Assembly (NCBI GenBank): GCA_963798485.1
Contig: CAWCTR010000004.1
Location: 64,001-128,000 of the forward strand
DNA length: 64,000 nt
Source of the DNA: an uncultured delta proteobacterium
GTDB taxonomy: Bacteria > Desulfobacterota > Desulfomonilia > UBA1062
Reading direction: 5' to 3'
Below, piece by piece: positions 10,609 through 20,107 of the stretch (its first letter is position 1; every line of letters begins with the position of its first letter). Both the position numbers and the translations under genes were made by a program. The notes under the pieces were generated by a model. That model saw only the letters and a program-made list of their open reading frames with translations, searched no databases and was not told where the DNA came from.

Positions 10609-12378
10609 ATGTTATTTGAGGAGATACCTTCCATGATGAAACGTATCGGTAGAGCGTTGATGAGATATACGAACATTATCATGATCCCGGTGGTTGCCGG
10701 TATGTTTATTGCCGGTTCAACCTTTGCACAGGATCTGGAGCGTCTCACGCCAAAAGAGATGCCCAGCGGTGAAAAGAAGCCGGAAGCCTTGCCGCAAACC
10801 CCTGCCCCGGAAGTATCCCGCGACAAGGGAGAGGAAGTGCTTCTGAAGAATCTTCTTGGTCTCGTTTTCGTGAGCAGCCCTGATAAGGTAATTCCAAAAG
10901 GTCTTACCCAGCAAGGGATCGTGGTTGATGGTTATCACGAGCAAGAATTCTTTCAACAAATGAACATGTATCTTGGTAAGCCCCTTACCATGAACGGATT
11001 GAATGAAATCCTGAAAAAGGTCGTGTTGTACTTCAGGGCCACTGACCGTCCTGTCGTTGATGTATATGCCCCGGAACAGGATATATCCGGCGGAACCGTC
11101 CAGATCGTTGTGTTGGAAGGCAGATTGGGTAAGGTGAAGACCGAGGGCAACAGATGGTTCAGTGATCATTTGTTTACGGATAGGATACGGGTGAAGCCGG
11201 GAGAAGTGGTCTATGGAAAGAACCTCCTAGAGGATCTCGACTGGATCAACAACAATCCGTTCCGGCAGACTGATCTTGTTTTTACCCGAGGGAGCAAGCC
11301 GGGAGAAACCGACATCATCCTGAGGACACAGGACAGTTTTCCGGTTAGGGTCTTTACCGGCTATGAAGACAGCGGTACTGAACTTACCGGGAAAGAACGC
11401 CTGCTGGCGGGGTTCAACTGGGGGAATGTATTTGGCGCTGACCACCAATTGAACTATCAGTTTACCTGTAATTCGGATATCAATAAGTTTAGTGCCCACT
11501 CGGTGAGTTATCAGGCACCGCTGCCCTGGCGCCATACCTTGACCATATTCGGATCCTTTGATGAGAGCAAGCCGGATATCGAGGGTTTTAATTCGAAGGG
11601 GGAAAGCACCGAATTGTTAGGAAGATACAGCATACCTTTGCAAGCCATCGGGGGCTACACCCACAATACTCAGGTGTCCGTCGACTTCAAATCAACCGAC
11701 AACAGCCTGGATTTCTCGAACATACCCGTATTCGATAAAAAGACCCAGGTGTTTCAGTTCATCCTCGGGTACAACGGGATGCTCCCTGATGCAAGGGGAT
11801 CGACGTCGTTCACGGGCAACCTTTTTTACAGTCCCGGCAATCTCACATCTTACAATAAGGACGCCTACTTCAATGATCTCACCTCGGGGGCAAAGGCAAA
11901 ATATACCTATGTACAGATCAATGCAGAAAGACTGACGAAGCTGCCGGCCGATTTCACTTGGGACCTCAAGGCCAATGTCCAATTCGCATCAGGAATCCTC
12001 CTGGGAACTGAGAAAATGGGATTCGGGGGATATAACACGGTACGTGGATATGACGAGCGCGTGGTCAATGGTGACGGCGGTTATCTGTTGGTGAATGAGT
12101 TACGAACCCCGGTAATTCAACTGAACCGCATTGCCAATTCGCAACATCAGTTCGGTACCCTGCAGCTACTCGCATTTTATGACCTTGGGTATGCAACCAA
12201 TCACGACACAGAGGATAATACGGCGCTCTCCAGTGTAGGCCTCGGTCTCCGTTACGTTTTCAGCACCAATATTTCCGCGCGGTTTGATTATGGCTGGCAA
12301 CTCAAGGATCTAGGAGATCTAGGGAATGGCTATACGAATGGTTCCAGGGCGCATGTAGGAGTGGTTGCCGCTTTTTAG
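10609..12378 (+). CDS. ShlB/FhaC/HecB-family two-partner secretion transporter (TpsB)
   Basis: Signal peptide, POTRA-like region (PEQDISGGTVQIVVLEGRLG), GGYNTVRGY loop-6 motif and C-terminal Phe. Confidence 0.92.
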   Translation: MLFEEIPSMMKRIGRALMRYTNIIMIPVVAGMFIAGSTFAQDLERLTPKEMPSGEKKPEALPQTPAPEVSRDKGEEVLLKNLLGLVFVSSPDKVIPKGLTQQGIVVDGYHEQEFFQQMNMYLGKPLTMNGLNEILKKVVLYFRATDRPVVDVYAPEQDISGGTVQIVVLEGRLGKVKTEGNRWFSDHLFTDRIRVKPGEVVYGKNLLEDLDWINNNPFRQTDLVFTRGSKPGETDIILRTQDSFPVRVFTGYEDSGTELTGKERLLAGFNWGNVFGADHQLNYQFTCNSDINKFSAHSVSYQAPLPWRHTLTIFGSFDESKPDIEGFNSKGESTELLGRYSIPLQAIGGYTHNTQVSVDFKSTDNSLDFSNIPVFDKKTQVFQFILGYNGMLPDARGSTSFTGNLFYSPGNLTSYNKDAYFNDLTSGAKAKYTYVQINAERLTKLPADFTWDLKANVQFASGILLGTEKMGFGGYNTVRGYDERVVNGDGGYLLVNELRTPVIQLNRIANSQHQFGTLQLLAFYDLGYATNHDTEDNTALSSVGLGLRYVFSTNISARFDYGWQLKDLGDLGNGYTNGSRAHVGVVAAF

Positions 12379-12678
12379 AGATTGCCGGACGGATCATACG
12401 GACGAAAGTCGTCTCTTCTCCTTGCGGGTGTTTCATCCCGAATTGAAACAGCTCTTTCGTAAGGAACACTCATAACCATTGATGGGATATTCCAACTTCA
12501 AAGGGTTATGCAATTACCTCTAAAATAAATTACTTGACTCAGCAATTATTGTGCACTACGGATAGTTAACATCTGAAAAGAATATATCCGACTTGAGTTT
12601 TGACCTGCGAAGAACACCTTCTGTACGGCTCCCCCAAGTCAACATTTCATCGTCGATATCTTCAGATTTGAGGTATGC

Positions 12679-12870
12679 ATGGCTAACAGATCAACGAACA
12701 CCTTTAAAAAGAAGGAACGCGAAGAGGCAAAGAGGCGCAAGAGGATTGCCAAGGAGGCCAAGAAGGTCGAACGCAAAGACCTTAAGGAAAACAAGGACCC
12801 TCTGTTAAATGATGAAGATCCGGATCTCGCGGGCATCGTTCCTGGTCCGCAACCGCGGACAGAAGAATAA
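12679..12870 (+). CDS. Small basic conserved hypothetical protein (63 aa)
   Basis: RBS GAGGT upstream. K/R-rich helix followed by a DPDLAGIVPGPQP tail resembling a recurrent small bacterial protein family. Confidence 0.7.
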   Translation: MANRSTNTFKKKEREEAKRRKRIAKEAKKVERKDLKENKDPLLNDEDPDLAGIVPGPQPRTEE

Positions 12871-13151
12871 GGAGCATAGCCCTTAAGTCGTAGTTGTATT
12901 CCCTGCTTGGAAACCTGACCTTGCGGGGCATGTTTTCCTTGACCAATAACTGCCCCTTCTCCGAGGCAGAGAAGTTTTCAACGCTTATCCATAAACAACC
13001 AACGGAATCAATTTCATCTCAAAGGCTTGAAAAATCTTTGTGCACTCATATCTGTTTTGTTGACTAAAAATTATTTCAGGTATAAATTGAATTTTGATTC
13101 AGCTTTCACTTGTTCAGGTAAACAACAAACACAAAACATGAGGAGGGTATA

Positions 13152-15554
13152 ATGGTCAGGAGAATCAATAAGGCCGCGGTTATCGGGTCTGGAATCATGG
13201 GAGGCGGCATCGCTGCGCTCCTAGCCGCTGCAGGCGTGGACATGCTCCTGCTCGACATCGTTCCATTCGACCTGAAGGAAGAAGAGAAGAAGGATAAAAA
13301 GGCCAGAAACCGGATCGTCACCATGGGTCTGGAAGGCGCCATGAAGGCGAAGCCGCCGCTCTTCTACAACAAGGACCATGCAATGCGCATCACTACCGGC
13401 AACCTGGAAGACGATTTCGACAAGCTGGCCGGTTGCGACTGGATTATCGAGGTGGTCGTCGAGAGACTCGACATCAAGCAGCAGTTGTTCGCACGCATCG
13501 ACAAGGTCCGCAAGGCGGATGCCATCGTATCCTCCAACACCTCGGGTATCCCGCTCAAGGCCATGTCCGAGGGTCTCAGCAAGGGCTTCAAGGAGCACTT
13601 CCTGGGCACGCACTTCTTCAACCCGGTCCGGTACATGCACCTGTTGGAGATCATCCCCGGCGAGTCCACCAAGAAAGAGGTTCTGGAATTCGTGGCTGAG
13701 TTCGGCGCGAGCAGGCTTGGAAAAGGAATCGTCTGGGCGAAGGATACACCGAACTTCATCGGAAACCGCATCGGTATTCACGGTATCGGCGCAGCCCTGA
13801 ATACCATGCTTTCAGAGGGGCTCACCATCCCCGAAGCGGACGCCATCTTCGGCGCACCAATGGGCCGTCCCAAGACAGCTATCTTCGCCACCGGCGACCT
13901 GGTTGGTCTGGACACCATGACCCACGTCATGAAGAATACCTACGACCTCTGCCTCGAAGACGAGCAGAGGGAAGTATTCAAGCTTCCCGATTTCCTCCAG
14001 GCAATGCTCGACAAGAAGCTGCTCGGCAACAAGACAAAGGCCGGATTCTATAAGAAGGAAATCATCGATTGGAAGAGGATAAAGAAGGTCATCAACCCAA
14101 AGACCGGCGAGTACGAGACCTACGACAAGGTCAGCTTCCCCTGCATCGATGCGGCAAAAAAGGCCAAGACCCTTCCCGAAAAGCTCAAGGCAGTCCTCTA
14201 CGGTGATGACAAGGGTGCCAAGTTTGCCTGGAAGGTTCAGGCTTCCGCATTCGTTTATGCCGCCAACCGCATCCCTGAGATCTCCAACACGATCGTTGAG
14301 ATCGACAACGCCATGAAGTGGGGTTACAACTTCGAGATGGGTCCCTTTGAGACATGGGATGCCATCGGCGTGAAGGAATCCGTGGCAAAGATGGAAAAGG
14401 AAGGCTTCAAGGTCCCCGAGAACGTCAAGAAGATGCTCAAGAAAGGCGCTGCCTCCTTCTATAAGCTCGAAAAGGGCAAGAAGATGTTTTACGACTTCGC
14501 TGCCGAGGGCTACAAAGAAGTGAAGACGAGCCCCAAGGCCCTGGACCTCAACAACTTCAAGGCCGAGAAGAAGGTGGCCCTCACCTCGGGTTCCTGCTCG
14601 CTCATCGACATCGGTGACGGCGTGTTCTGCCTCGAGTTCCATTCCAAGATGAACGCCATCAACAAGGAGATGGTGGACTTCATGCAGAAGGCCGGCGAGT
14701 ATGTCGGGGTTAACGGCCTCGGCATGGTCATCGGCAACCAGGCAGGCGGCATGCCGGGCGCATTCTCCGCAGGCGGAGACCTGGCATTCATGCTGGGGCT
14801 TGCCAAGGCAGGGAAGTTCGACGAAATCGACTCCTTCATTAAAACCGTTCATGCCGGTATCATGGGTACCCGGTACAGCAAGTACCCCGTGGTTGCAGCA
14901 CCCTACGGGCTCACCCTGGGCGGTGGCTGTGAAATCTGCCTGTCATCCGACAGGATCGTGGCCCATTCCGACCTGTTCATGGGTCTGGTGGAGATCGGCG
15001 CAGGTCTTGTCCCCGGCGGCTGCGGCATGATCAACCTCTGGAGGAAGATCATCACTTCCAAGCCCGAAGATGCCAAGGTTACGGATTACGGCGGATTCTT
15101 CATCAACGCGTTCATGGCAGTGGCACAGGCAAAGGTTTCCAACTCGGCCGAGCAGGCCCGCACCAGGGGATTCATCGGCGCCGCAGACCGCATCGTCATG
15201 AACCGCGACAACCTCATCGGCGAGGCCAAGAAGGAAGTCCTCAAGATGGTGGATGACGGTTATGCACCGCCCATTAAGAAGAACATCCCGGTATTCGGAC
15301 GTGAGGCCCAAGGTATGATCTGGGCCGAGATGAACAACATGAAGGGCGGCGGATACATCACGCCTCACATGGAATTCATCGCCAAGAAGATCTGCGTATG
15401 TATGTCCGGCGGCGATGTCCCCACCGGTACGCTCGTGAGCGAAGAGCACCTCATGACACTCGAGCGCGAGGCCTTTGTTGATCTCTGGAAGACGGAAAAC
15501 ACCCAGAAGATGGCCGAGAACATCATGACCACAGGCAAGCCGTTGTTCCTGTAA
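13152..15554 (+). CDS. fadN: 3-hydroxyacyl-CoA dehydrogenase/enoyl-CoA hydratase fusion (FadN-type)
   Basis: GSGIMGGG Rossmann motif, SSNTSG, HFFNP, C-terminal crotonase domain (LGGGCE, GLVEIGAGLVPG) and a strong AGGAGG RBS. Confidence 0.92.
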   Translation: MVRRINKAAVIGSGIMGGGIAALLAAAGVDMLLLDIVPFDLKEEEKKDKKARNRIVTMGLEGAMKAKPPLFYNKDHAMRITTGNLEDDFDKLAGCDWIIEVVVERLDIKQQLFARIDKVRKADAIVSSNTSGIPLKAMSEGLSKGFKEHFLGTHFFNPVRYMHLLEIIPGESTKKEVLEFVAEFGASRLGKGIVWAKDTPNFIGNRIGIHGIGAALNTMLSEGLTIPEADAIFGAPMGRPKTAIFATGDLVGLDTMTHVMKNTYDLCLEDEQREVFKLPDFLQAMLDKKLLGNKTKAGFYKKEIIDWKRIKKVINPKTGEYETYDKVSFPCIDAAKKAKTLPEKLKAVLYGDDKGAKFAWKVQASAFVYAANRIPEISNTIVEIDNAMKWGYNFEMGPFETWDAIGVKESVAKMEKEGFKVPENVKKMLKKGAASFYKLEKGKKMFYDFAAEGYKEVKTSPKALDLNNFKAEKKVALTSGSCSLIDIGDGVFCLEFHSKMNAINKEMVDFMQKAGEYVGVNGLGMVIGNQAGGMPGAFSAGGDLAFMLGLAKAGKFDEIDSFIKTVHAGIMGTRYSKYPVVAAPYGLTLGGGCEICLSSDRIVAHSDLFMGLVEIGAGLVPGGCGMINLWRKIITSKPEDAKVTDYGGFFINAFMAVAQAKVSNSAEQARTRGFIGAADRIVMNRDNLIGEAKKEVLKMVDDGYAPPIKKNIPVFGREAQGMIWAEMNNMKGGGYITPHMEFIAKKICVCMSGGDVPTGTLVSEEHLMTLEREAFVDLWKTENTQKMAENIMTTGKPLFL

Positions 15555-15588
15555 TCGGAAAACACGAGAAAGAACTAGGAGGAAACCA

Positions 15589-16791
15589 ATGAGAGAAGCA
15601 TATATCGTTCAGGCAGTAAGGACTCCCGGGTGCAGAAGGGGCAGAGGCGCCTTAGCCTTAACTCGCCCTGAAGATCTCTTGAAGGCCGCACTCACCGGGC
15701 TCATGGAGAGGACCAAGGGTGTAGAGAAGAAGGATGTGGAAGATATATTGGTCGGTTGTGCATTCCCCGAGGCAGAGCAGGGGCTCAACATCGGGCGCAT
15801 CATCGCCCAGATGGCAGGGTTCCCGGATGATACCTGCGGCGCTACGGTCAACAGGTTCTGCGCCTCCGGTCTGGAAGCCATTTCACTCCAGGCCATGAGG
15901 ATCATGGGCGGCATGTGTGACGTGGCCATCGGCGCAGGGTTAGAGTCTATGTCCATAGTCCCCATGGGCGGCAACATGCCGCGGCCGCATCCCGAACTGG
16001 CAAAAACATACCCGGATGCCTACATATCAATGGGTATGACCGCAGAGAACGTGGCAACCCGTTACAAGATCACCCGTGAGATGCAGGACAAGTTTGCGTT
16101 CGGCTCACAGGCAAAGGCAGCCGAAGCCCAGAAGAACGGCAAGTTCAAGGAGATCGTGCCGGTAGAGGCAGTAAGGTTCAAGGAAAAGAATGGCATCACC
16201 ATGAAAGAGACCTTCATCCAGGACTTTGATGACGGTGTCAGAGCCACCACTATGGACGGTCTTGCAAAGCTTCGTCCGGCCTTCGCAGCCATGGGTTCGG
16301 TCACGGCCGGCAACTCCTCCCAGACCACCGACGGCGCTGCATGTTCCTTGGTCATGAGCGGCGAGGCGGTCAAGAAGTTTGGTGTGAAGCCCATTGCCAA
16401 GTTCAAGGCATATGTGGTCGCCGGCTGCCGCTCGGATGAAATGGGAGTCGGACCTGCCTATGCGATCCCCAAGCTTTTAAAGGTTGCAGGGCTTAAGGTG
16501 TCCGACATCGGACTGTTCGAGGTGAACGAGGCCTTTGCGTCCCAGGCCATCTACAGCCTCCAGCAGATCGGTCTCTACGATGAGAAGTACTATTCCCACG
16601 AGAGCGATCAGCGGATCGTCAATGTCAACGGCGGCGCCATCGCCCTTGGCCATCCCCTCGGATGCACCGGCGCCAAGCTGTGTTCCCAGCTCATGACCGA
16701 GATGCAGGCACGCGGCAAGAAGTACGGCATCGAGTCCATGTGCATCGGCGGCGGCATGGGTGCTGCGGCACTGTTCGAGCTCTGTGATTAG
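15589..16791 (+). CDS. Acetyl-CoA C-acyltransferase (thiolase)
   Basis: NRFCASG, NEAFA, GHPLG and MCIGGGMG thiolase motifs. Confidence 0.95.
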   Translation: MREAYIVQAVRTPGCRRGRGALALTRPEDLLKAALTGLMERTKGVEKKDVEDILVGCAFPEAEQGLNIGRIIAQMAGFPDDTCGATVNRFCASGLEAISLQAMRIMGGMCDVAIGAGLESMSIVPMGGNMPRPHPELAKTYPDAYISMGMTAENVATRYKITREMQDKFAFGSQAKAAEAQKNGKFKEIVPVEAVRFKEKNGITMKETFIQDFDDGVRATTMDGLAKLRPAFAAMGSVTAGNSSQTTDGAACSLVMSGEAVKKFGVKPIAKFKAYVVAGCRSDEMGVGPAYAIPKLLKVAGLKVSDIGLFEVNEAFASQAIYSLQQIGLYDEKYYSHESDQRIVNVNGGAIALGHPLGCTGAKLCSQLMTEMQARGKKYGIESMCIGGGMGAAALFELCD

Positions 16792-16810
16792 TTTCAGATC
16801 TCTATAAGAT

Positions 16811-16845
16811 AAAAGAGGCTGTCGGAAATGACAGCCTCTTTTTTT
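16811..16845. terminator. Intrinsic, probably bidirectional, terminator
   Basis: AAAAGAGGCTGTC-ggaaat-GACAGCCTCTTTTTTT between convergent genes. Confidence 0.88.
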
Positions 16846-16882
16846 ACCCTTTGAATAGGGCTGCCGGAGGGGAAAAAGGGAT

Positions 16883-17275
16883 TTACTTTTTCTTCAAATG
16901 AGCCGGTTTGATGGATTGTGCCACAAGGAAGCCATCTTTATTGGTGATGTATTGCACCCTCAACAGCTGTCCCTTTTCCAGTTTGTCTATGGATATCGCC
17001 TTCCAGTCCGGTCCGTAAATGGTTGTAGTGGTCCTTACCAGGAAGGTGTAATTTTTTCCATCTTCGCCTGAGACGGTAATTTCAGGTCGGACGCCCTTGG
17101 ATGGCTCTGAAAGGGTGATGGTTTCAACGTTGCCTCTTACCTCCAACGGGGCTACGATTTTCTTAGAAACAGGAGGATGGATTCCCTCTTTTGGTGCGCC
17201 CATGCGTGTATCCTGCCCGAAACACACCGAGGAGAGAATCCCAAGGGCACAGAGTATGATTGCTACCCTTATCAT
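16883..17275 (-). CDS. Secreted small beta-rich (OB-fold-like) hypothetical protein
   Basis: Signal peptide and a G.VETI...TFLV...TTI...I.KLEKGQLLRVQY pattern typical of DUF5666-like modules. Confidence 0.7.
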   Translation of the reverse strand: MIRVAIILCALGILSSVCFGQDTRMGAPKEGIHPPVSKKIVAPLEVRGNVETITLSEPSKGVRPEITVSGEDGKNYTFLVRTTTTIYGPDWKAISIDKLEKGQLLRVQYITNKDGFLVAQSIKPAHLKKK

Positions 17276-17315
17276 CCTCCCTATACCTCTTAGTTGTTAA
17301 GCGTTACTATTCAAC

Positions 17316-17669
17316 CTACTTGGTTTCTGCCGGCTTCTCTTCTGCCTTTTTAGCTGCCTTCTTTGCCTTTTCAACCTTCTCGACCTTATCTGCATTCATG
17401 GTTCCGGCGGCCAATGTAACCTTAACCACTTCGCCCTTTTTAAGGGTAGCCATGTCTTCTGCCTTCACGGTGATGGTTTTGCCCTTTACAACGATCGTGT
17501 TCGCTACGGTGTCAATCTTGGAGATCTTGCCAATGACAACATCAGCCTTTGCTACATCAGCCTTTACTGCTGCGGGCGCTGCTGCAGGCTTTGCTGCATC
17601 GGCTGCGAAGACCATCGTAGTGAAGCACACCAGTGCCAATACTGCGATCAAACTGATAACTTTCTTCAT
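17316..17669 (-). CDS. Secreted small A/K-rich protein with an OB-fold-like core
   Basis: Signal peptide ending in AxA, GKISKIDTVANTIVVKG...LKKGEVVKV core and RBS AGGAGG. Confidence 0.75.
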   Translation of the reverse strand: MKKVISLIAVLALVCFTTMVFAADAAKPAAAPAAVKADVAKADVVIGKISKIDTVANTIVVKGKTITVKAEDMATLKKGEVVKVTLAAGTMNADKVEKVEKAKKAAKKAEEKPAETK

Positions 17670-17758
17670 AATACATTCCTCCTGGGATTTTTTTATTGAT
17701 GCTGTGCTCTCTACGACAGGGATGATTAAACGATCATTAGAAGAAGATTAAAAGATTC

Positions 17759-19282
17759 TCATATTGTCTGCTGGAGACAGGGACCATCGGGGTGAAAATC
17801 CGGGGCTACCCCGCCCATGGGAAGCGATATAAGGAAGGTCGTCCCTTGTCTGGGTGTGCTCTCGACCGTTATGGATCCCCCATGGGCCTCAATAATCGAC
17901 AGGGCTATGCTCAGCCCGAGGCCGAATCCTGTAGAACTCCGTGACCGATCCACCTGATAGAACCTATCGAAGATATGCGGGAGATCCCGTTCAGGTATGC
18001 CGATGCCTGTATCGGTAATGGTAATAATTGCATAAGCGTTCTCTCGTATGACCTCAACCGAGATACGCCCTTTTTCCTGGGTATATTTTATGGCATTTTC
18101 GAGGATATTTATGAACGAGCGCATAATTTGATCTTTATCAATGAGTAGAATTATTCCTTCCTGACTTACGAAATCGATCTCGATGCCTTTTTGATGTGCG
18201 AGGATCTCCATGTCGTCAAGGATATCACGCATGATGGCTGATATGTCCGCACTATCCCTTGCGAGGCTCACCGAGCTGCTATCTAATCGTGCCAATGCCA
18301 GAAGATTTTCAAGGAGCTTTCCGATTTTCGCTGTCTCCTCAAGGCTGCTCTGCAGGATCGAACAATACTCCTGTGGAGAGCGTTGTCTCTTCAGCGCTAC
18401 CTCCAGTTCCCCCCGCATGATGGTTAAGGGGGTTCTCAGCTCGTGGGATACATCCTGGATAAACTGTTTCTGAGAAATGAATACTTGTTGTATCTTTTCG
18501 AGCATATCGTTGAAGGTCTCCGCAAGCTCCCTGATCTCGTCCTGGGTTTCAGGGGGTGATATGCGAAGACTTAAATTTTCCGCAGTTATTTGGCGGGCCG
18601 TGGCGATCATGTTTTTGAGAGGTTTTAAGGTTATACTGGCAAGGAATTCCCCTGCAAGCACGCTGGTAAGCACCACTGTTATAGGAAGCAGGAGAAAGAG
18701 GATAAACTTGAGGCCCTTGAGTGTTTCCCAGATGGAATTCAAAGGGCCTCCGACCTGGACAATATATGCCATCTTCCCCTCTTCAAAGACAGGGATCTCT
18801 AGAACGCGCAGATCGAGGGGCTTCTCTTCGCCTTGTGTTACTTGACGGTCTTCATATACAGTCTTATTGGTTGCAAGCCCATGGAGTGAGTTTTTTGATA
18901 TATTCAGGTGAGTCAAGGCGTTCTGCGAGAATGCAATGAGTTCACCATCTGGTTTATAGATCTGGACGATGATATTCATCAGGTCAGGATCGTTCGTGCG
19001 TTCTTCAACCCACCTTCGTGCAATCTTGAGGAAGTTCGCATTATTGATCTTGCTGAATACCGTTCTTCTCGCACCATGCTTGAGGGCATCCATCTTCTCG
19101 GTTTCCCAGTACGTGTTGATCGACCTGGCTATACCCTCTGCCTTGGTGAGCAACAGATCGTCCATTTGGTCTTTCAGCGTAGTGCTTACATTGAAATAGA
19201 GGGCCACAGCGAAAACCGAGAAAGTCACTGCGAGAATAAGCGTGTACCAGAAGAAGAATCTGAGCCTGATGGATTTAAACAT
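17759..19282 (-). CDS. Membrane sensor histidine kinase (HAMP-HisKA-HATPase)
   Basis: Two TM segments, SHELRTPLT H-box, NAIKYT, DTGIGI and GFGLGLSI. Confidence 0.93.
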   Translation of the reverse strand: MFKSIRLRFFFWYTLILAVTFSVFAVALYFNVSTTLKDQMDDLLLTKAEGIARSINTYWETEKMDALKHGARRTVFSKINNANFLKIARRWVEERTNDPDLMNIIVQIYKPDGELIAFSQNALTHLNISKNSLHGLATNKTVYEDRQVTQGEEKPLDLRVLEIPVFEEGKMAYIVQVGGPLNSIWETLKGLKFILFLLLPITVVLTSVLAGEFLASITLKPLKNMIATARQITAENLSLRISPPETQDEIRELAETFNDMLEKIQQVFISQKQFIQDVSHELRTPLTIMRGELEVALKRQRSPQEYCSILQSSLEETAKIGKLLENLLALARLDSSSVSLARDSADISAIMRDILDDMEILAHQKGIEIDFVSQEGIILLIDKDQIMRSFINILENAIKYTQEKGRISVEVIRENAYAIITITDTGIGIPERDLPHIFDRFYQVDRSRSSTGFGLGLSIALSIIEAHGGSITVESTPRQGTTFLISLPMGGVAPDFHPDGPCLQQTI

Positions 19283-19283
19283 A

Positions 19284-19952
19284 TCAGCTCTTCAGGACAT
19301 ACCCTCTGCCCCGTACCGTATGGATGAGTTTTGTTTCATGGCCACGATCGATCTTATTTCTCAAGTAACTGATATAGACATCTATCACGTTGGTAAAGGT
19401 GTCGAAGTTGATGTCCCAGACATGCTCGGCAATCATGGTGCGGGTCACAACGCTGCCAGTATTCCTCATAAGGTATTCCAGCAGGGCATATTCTTTGACG
19501 CTTAGTGGGATTTCGCACTCACCCCTGGATACGGTGTGGGTTATTGTATCCAGTACCAGGTCGTCCACCTGAAACCGGGTTTTCTGCTGCAGGGATTTCT
19601 TGCGGAGCAGCGACCTGATCCGTGCCAGAAGCTCTTCAAAGGCAAAGGGTTTTGTGAGATAATCATCCGCACCGGCATCGAGCCCCCTGACCTTGTCCTT
19701 TATTGCGTCCTTGGCGGTGAGCATGAGGATGGGTGTGTGATTATCCTCATACCTCAATTTTGTGCAGAGCGTAAAGCCGTCCATCTTTGGAAGCATAATA
19801 TCGAGCAGGATTACATCATACTCGTTTGTCGTTGCGAGAAAGGAACCCTGGTCTCCATCATGGGCAACATCAACGGCATAACCTTCTTCAGCAAGGCCAT
19901 TGCTGATGAAATCTGCAACCTTCTTTTCATCTTCGATGATAAGGATCCTCAT
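19284..19952 (-). CDS. OmpR-family response regulator (CusR-like)
   Basis: REC domain (LLDIMLP, GADDYLTKPF) and wHTH (IHTVRGRGY). Confidence 0.95.
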   Translation of the reverse strand: MRILIIEDEKKVADFISNGLAEEGYAVDVAHDGDQGSFLATTNEYDVILLDIMLPKMDGFTLCTKLRYEDNHTPILMLTAKDAIKDKVRGLDAGADDYLTKPFAFEELLARIRSLLRKKSLQQKTRFQVDDLVLDTITHTVSRGECEIPLSVKEYALLEYLMRNTGSVVTRTMIAEHVWDINFDTFTNVIDVYISYLRNKIDRGHETKLIHTVRGRGYVLKS

Positions 19953-20026
19953 AATGCCTTGGTTATCTCATTTGATATAGAGAATCAACGAGAATCCCTG
20001 AGAGGACCATGTTCTAAGGAGTGGAT

Positions 20027-20061
20027 AAACAAGGGCTGCCATTATCCGGCAGCCCTTGTTT
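20027..20061. terminator. Hairpin/terminator downstream of the dehydrogenase gene
   Basis: AAACAAGGGCTGCC-N7-GGCAGCCCTTGTTT, a perfect 14-bp stem. Confidence 0.75.
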
Positions 20062-20107
20062 AAATTGATTCAGGATACTATATGTTGGAATTCTTTTTAG
20101 TTGATAG

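Noticed and set aside
13221-15449. Long antisense ORFs over fadN (and similarly over abfD and both GREs)
   Set aside because: Expected from strong codon bias on the sense strand; they carry no recognisable motifs.
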